Shown: positions 21,319 through 24,000 of the stretch, piece after piece | How positions within the stretch are numbered: position 1 is the first letter of the stretch | Layout of the letters: every line of letters begins with the position of its first letter | Assembly (NCBI GenBank): GCA_947085495.1 | Contig: CAMTWJ010000002.1 | Location: forward strand, 170,969 to 194,968 | Length of the DNA stretch: 24,000 nucleotides | Reading direction: 5' to 3' | DNA from: an uncultured Candidatus Saccharibacteria bacterium | GTDB lineage: Bacteria > Patescibacteriota > Saccharimonadia > Saccharimonadales > 2-12-FULL-41-12 | Notes under the pieces: model-generated | Told to the model about the DNA's origin: nothing | The model's database searches: none | The model's input: the letters and a program-made list of their open reading frames with translations, nothing else | Made by a program: the position numbers and the translations under genes

Positions 21319-24000
21319 ATCTTTCCGTCTAGTAAATCTTTTTCAAATTGTTTGGTGCCAGCAATGTCTGGCGAATAGCTTGTTGTATTTGGAAAATCTA
21401 CTGCTTTTACCTTTGCCCAAACGGCTTCTATAAGTTTTTCTAGACGGTCAATCTCTTCCTGAGAAGGTTTGTAGGTTCGGACAAGCTCTTTGTCTGACTT
21501 CGCTTCAACGTATACAATCTGTCCTTTGATGTCCTTGAACTTACTAAAACGGGGATGATTTTGCGCCAGGAGTGCGTAAAAGATAAGCTGCGTTTTTTGG
21601 CGCCAGGCTTTTACGCTTAGTGTCTTGCTGGTTGTGTCAAAGCTGGGCAATATGGAGCCAGTCTTGTAGTCGACGATCGTCAATGTATTATCGTCTATAT
21701 CAATACGATCAAGTTTGCCGTCGATCACTGCGCTGGACAAGCGAACATCGGTTAGGCGTTGCTCGGGCTTGCTGCCTTTAGGCAGCGTGTATATTTCAAA
21801 TAGCTGCGAGAGCATTTGCTGGCCATGCGCTTTGTATCGTTTAAATTCGTTACTTGGTAGATGTTCTTTTTCGAGAGTATCCACATACTCATCAATGATA
21901 TCGGACAGCTTAAACTTGTCGGCATTTACATCTTTTTGAGCTAACTCCAGAGCTGCATGGGCAGCCGTACCATGAGCAAGCGTGGCAGTCTTGGCTTCGG
22001 GCAAGTACAGTACATTTCGCTCAAAGAAATATTGTGGCCCCCCTCGGGTAACATCTAAGAAGTTAAGCAAGTTCGTAACGTTGATGGAAAACCTTTCGAG
22101 CCGGGCTTCGAGTAGAACTTTTTCTTTTGCTTCTGATAAATGAGGCCACCGAAGCCCCTCTTCTAAGATATGAACAGCTTCTTTTTCGGTTGGTTTGTCT
22201 ATCGTACTCGTTTTTGGAATCGCAGCATGCAATAGTGGCGTGGCCAGCACCTCGTTATTGGCATGGTCAAAGCTGTAGCTTGTCGTAATGAGAGTGTGCT
22301 TTGCTCGAGTAGCAGCTACATAGAGCAAGCGGATATAGTCATCATCGGTTTCGAGTGGCGGCTGCAAGGGCAAGTTGGCTGGCGGTTTGCGGCCACCACT
22401 TTTCGGTTTCCAGTTGTCTTCGACCGCATCAATAATGTACACGTTATCAAACTCCAGCCCTTTGGCTTTGTGGATACTATAGAGCTCTACCGCATGTTCG
22501 TCGCTGACAAATGGAGATTCGTCGGTGATCCCCTTTTCGTTTTCTTGGTTGAGCTGGATAAAGTGCAATAGATCTTTGAGACTTGGGTGAATGTCGACAG
22601 AGAAATCGTTCACAAGGTGTCGAAGCAATTGAAGTGCAGAAAGCGTCTGGAGATATTCTCCGCTAATACGCTGTTCGCTGACAAAGTATTTTTGGATAGG
22701 GCTGGTTATTGGTTCTCCCGGGCGCAAGCCGAGTACGTACTCGATCGTAAGCGCCAATGGCTGGTGAGAAGATTTGCCAGACAGCCAAAGTAACCAGTCA
22801 GCAATGTCTTTGGTCTCTGAGTTTTGTTTGATCGCAAGCAGCCAATCCTTTGTCTTGTAAGCGTCTATAGCAATGCTCCAAAGTGTTTCGGCAGACAATT
22901 CCCACATTGGGTGTCGAAGCAAAGATGCGAGATGGGCATTGACCTGATCTTTGTTGCCCTCATGGATACCAGAAAGAATCTTACATAGTAGAATTGCCTG
23001 CTGAATAGCTTCGTATTCTAAGATGTTATTTCGCTTTTCGTAGCGAACAGGCACATCACTGCGTAGCAATAACGCTGCAAGGGCTTGCAAGCTATCATGA
23101 CTACGTGCCAGCACGGCAATTGATTCTCCGGGCTTTGCACTTCGCTGTCTTTTGATCTGTTCTACGACACCGTGCAATTGCTGCTCTCTTGTTGCGTATT
23201 GCATATGGCTAATATCCCCGGCACGTTTTTCTCGTGCCACAACAAGCCTTTTGCTCAAGGTCGTGTCTCTGGTTACAAGGCGATCTATAGCTTGTTCGAT
23301 GATCTTACCAGAGGCATCTAAGATTGCTTGATTGGAGCGATAATTTTCCTCCAAAACTATTTTGGTTGTTTTGCCATAGGTTCGGTCAAAAAAGAGCATG
23401 TTATTGAGCTCTGCTCCATTAAACCCAAAGATCGATTGGTCGTCGTCACCCACGGCCATAATGTTTGGCTGGCCGCTGGCGCTTTCGTGGTCTGCGACCA
23501 AATGAGCCAAGCGAAGTTGTGCAGCGTTGCTGTCTTGAAACTCATCAATTAATACAAACTGATATTGCTCCTGTACGTCCGCCCGAAGCTCGGGGTTCTG
23601 CTCGAGCTGAGACAAAACCTCTACCAACATGTCCGAATAGTCGTAGTAGCCCTGGCTATGCATGGTTTCTCGATAGCTTTGGTACACATCTGCGAGTTCT
23701 AGCCACCATTTGTTGCGAGACCGCTCGTCCCACATGCCTTTTTTGCCATCGACTGCTTTTATCCACTTGCCTTTCCATTTGCTAGTATTCGCTGCTTTGC
23801 CTGTATCTAGATCCTTGTTTACTGCAAAAGCGAGGCTTTCTTGCAGCACTGTTTTGAGTGAAATTAGCGGAGCGATGGTAGCATCGATTGGTTGGTCGGG
23901 TAAGTTGTCTATCTCTGCCTGAAGATCACTTAGGCGTTTATGGCTTATGGTCTTGCTAAGGATATCCACGATCTGTGGCTCGACAGCTTCGATATATGCC
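21315..24000 (-). CDS. UvrD/Rep-family (SF1) helicase fused to a C-terminal RecB-like PD-(D/E)XK nuclease domain; N-terminus lies beyond the right window edge
   Basis: The reading frame stays open upstream of the track's GTG 'start' through to position 24000, and Walker A is missing from the window.
- Helicase motifs present: DEFQD (II), VGDDDQSIF (III), ENYRS (IV), SIHKAKGLEFDNVYII (V), YVAATRAKHTL (VI).
- C-terminal nuclease motifs: GTAAHAALE, LDRIDIDDNTLTIVDYKTG, QLIFYALL. Confidence 0.85.
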   Translation of the reverse strand, partial: AYIEAVEPQIVDILSKTISHKRLSDLQAEIDNLPDQPIDATIAPLISLKTVLQESLAFAVNKDLDTGKAANTSKWKGKWIKAVDGKKGMWDERSRNKWWLELADVYQSYRETMHSQGYYDYSDMLVEVLSQLEQNPELRADVQEQYQFVLIDEFQDSNAAQLRLAHLVADHESASGQPNIMAVGDDDQSIFGFNGAELNNMLFFDRTYGKTTKIVLEENYRSNQAILDASGKIIEQAIDRLVTRDTTLSKRLVVAREKRAGDISHMQYATREQQLHGVVEQIKRQRSAKPGESIAVLARSHDSLQALAALLLRSDVPVRYEKRNNILEYEAIQQAILLCKILSGIHEGNKDQVNAHLASLLRHPMWELSAETLWSIAIDAYKTKDWLLAIKQNSETKDIADWLLWLSGKSSHQPLALTIEYVLGLRPGEPITSPIQKYFVSEQRISGEYLQTLSALQLLRHLVNDFSVDIHPSLKDLLHFIQLNQENEKGITDESPFVSDEHAVELYSIHKAKGLEFDNVYIIDAVEDNWKPKSGGRKPPANLPLQPPLETDDDYIRLLYVAATRAKHTLITTSYSFDHANNEVLATPLLHAAIPKTSTIDKPTEKEAVHILEEGLRWPHLSEAKEKVLLEARLERFSINVTNLLNFLDVTRGGPQYFFERNVLYLPEAKTATLAHGTAAHAALELAQKDVNADKFKLSDIIDEYVDTLEKEHLPSNEFKRYKAHGQQMLSQLFEIYTLPKGSKPEQRLTDVRLSSAVIDGKLDRIDIDDNTLTIVDYKTGSILPSFDTTSKTLSVKAWRQKTQLIFYALLAQNHPRFSKFKDIKGQIVYVEAKSDKELVRTYKPSQEEIDRLEKLIEAVWAKVKAVDFPNTTSYSPDIAGTKQFEKDLLDGKI

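Overview
Gene-dense bacterial window with very short intergenic regions, overlapping stop and start codons, and many small membrane or hypothetical proteins. This organisation resembles a reduced genome such as a CPR/Saccharibacteria-like lineage, but that is inference only, not a database result.

Layout:
- purA 5' end (minus strand, runs off the left edge).
- A plus-strand block of accessory genes: VIT1-family transporter, PNPOx-like protein, DUF1801, SDR, YdeI-like protein and NUDIX hydrolase.
- A minus-strand smpB, then tRNA-Asn(GUU), then an odd tRNA-Asn-derived element.
- A divergent pair: membrane-anchored clan GH-A glycosidase and GT2 glycosyltransferase.
- A minus-strand cluster at 10573->7620: membrane protein, hammerhead ribozyme, two paralogous unknown proteins, membrane-anchored thermonuclease.
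- cobO-like adenosyltransferase and a HAD hydrolase.
- A complete F1Fo ATP synthase operon (atpZ/I-B-E-F-H-A-G-[extra ORF]-D-C).
- A 354-aa unknown protein.
- A UvrD-type helicase fused to a PD-(D/E)XK nuclease (minus strand, runs off the right edge).

Best leads:
1. A complete type III hammerhead ribozyme motif (9958-10010, minus strand) sits between two cistrons of the unknown-function/nuclease cluster.
2. That cluster also carries a duplicated 33-nt consensus promoter cassette.
3. A 146-aa acidic ORF is translationally coupled between atpG and atpD.
4. A tRNA-Asn 3'-half copy is split by a 50-nt structured insertion.
5. -10 boxes recur 6-10 nt upstream of start codons, implying leaderless mRNAs.

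No CRISPR array, IS element, integrase or rRNA was seen.
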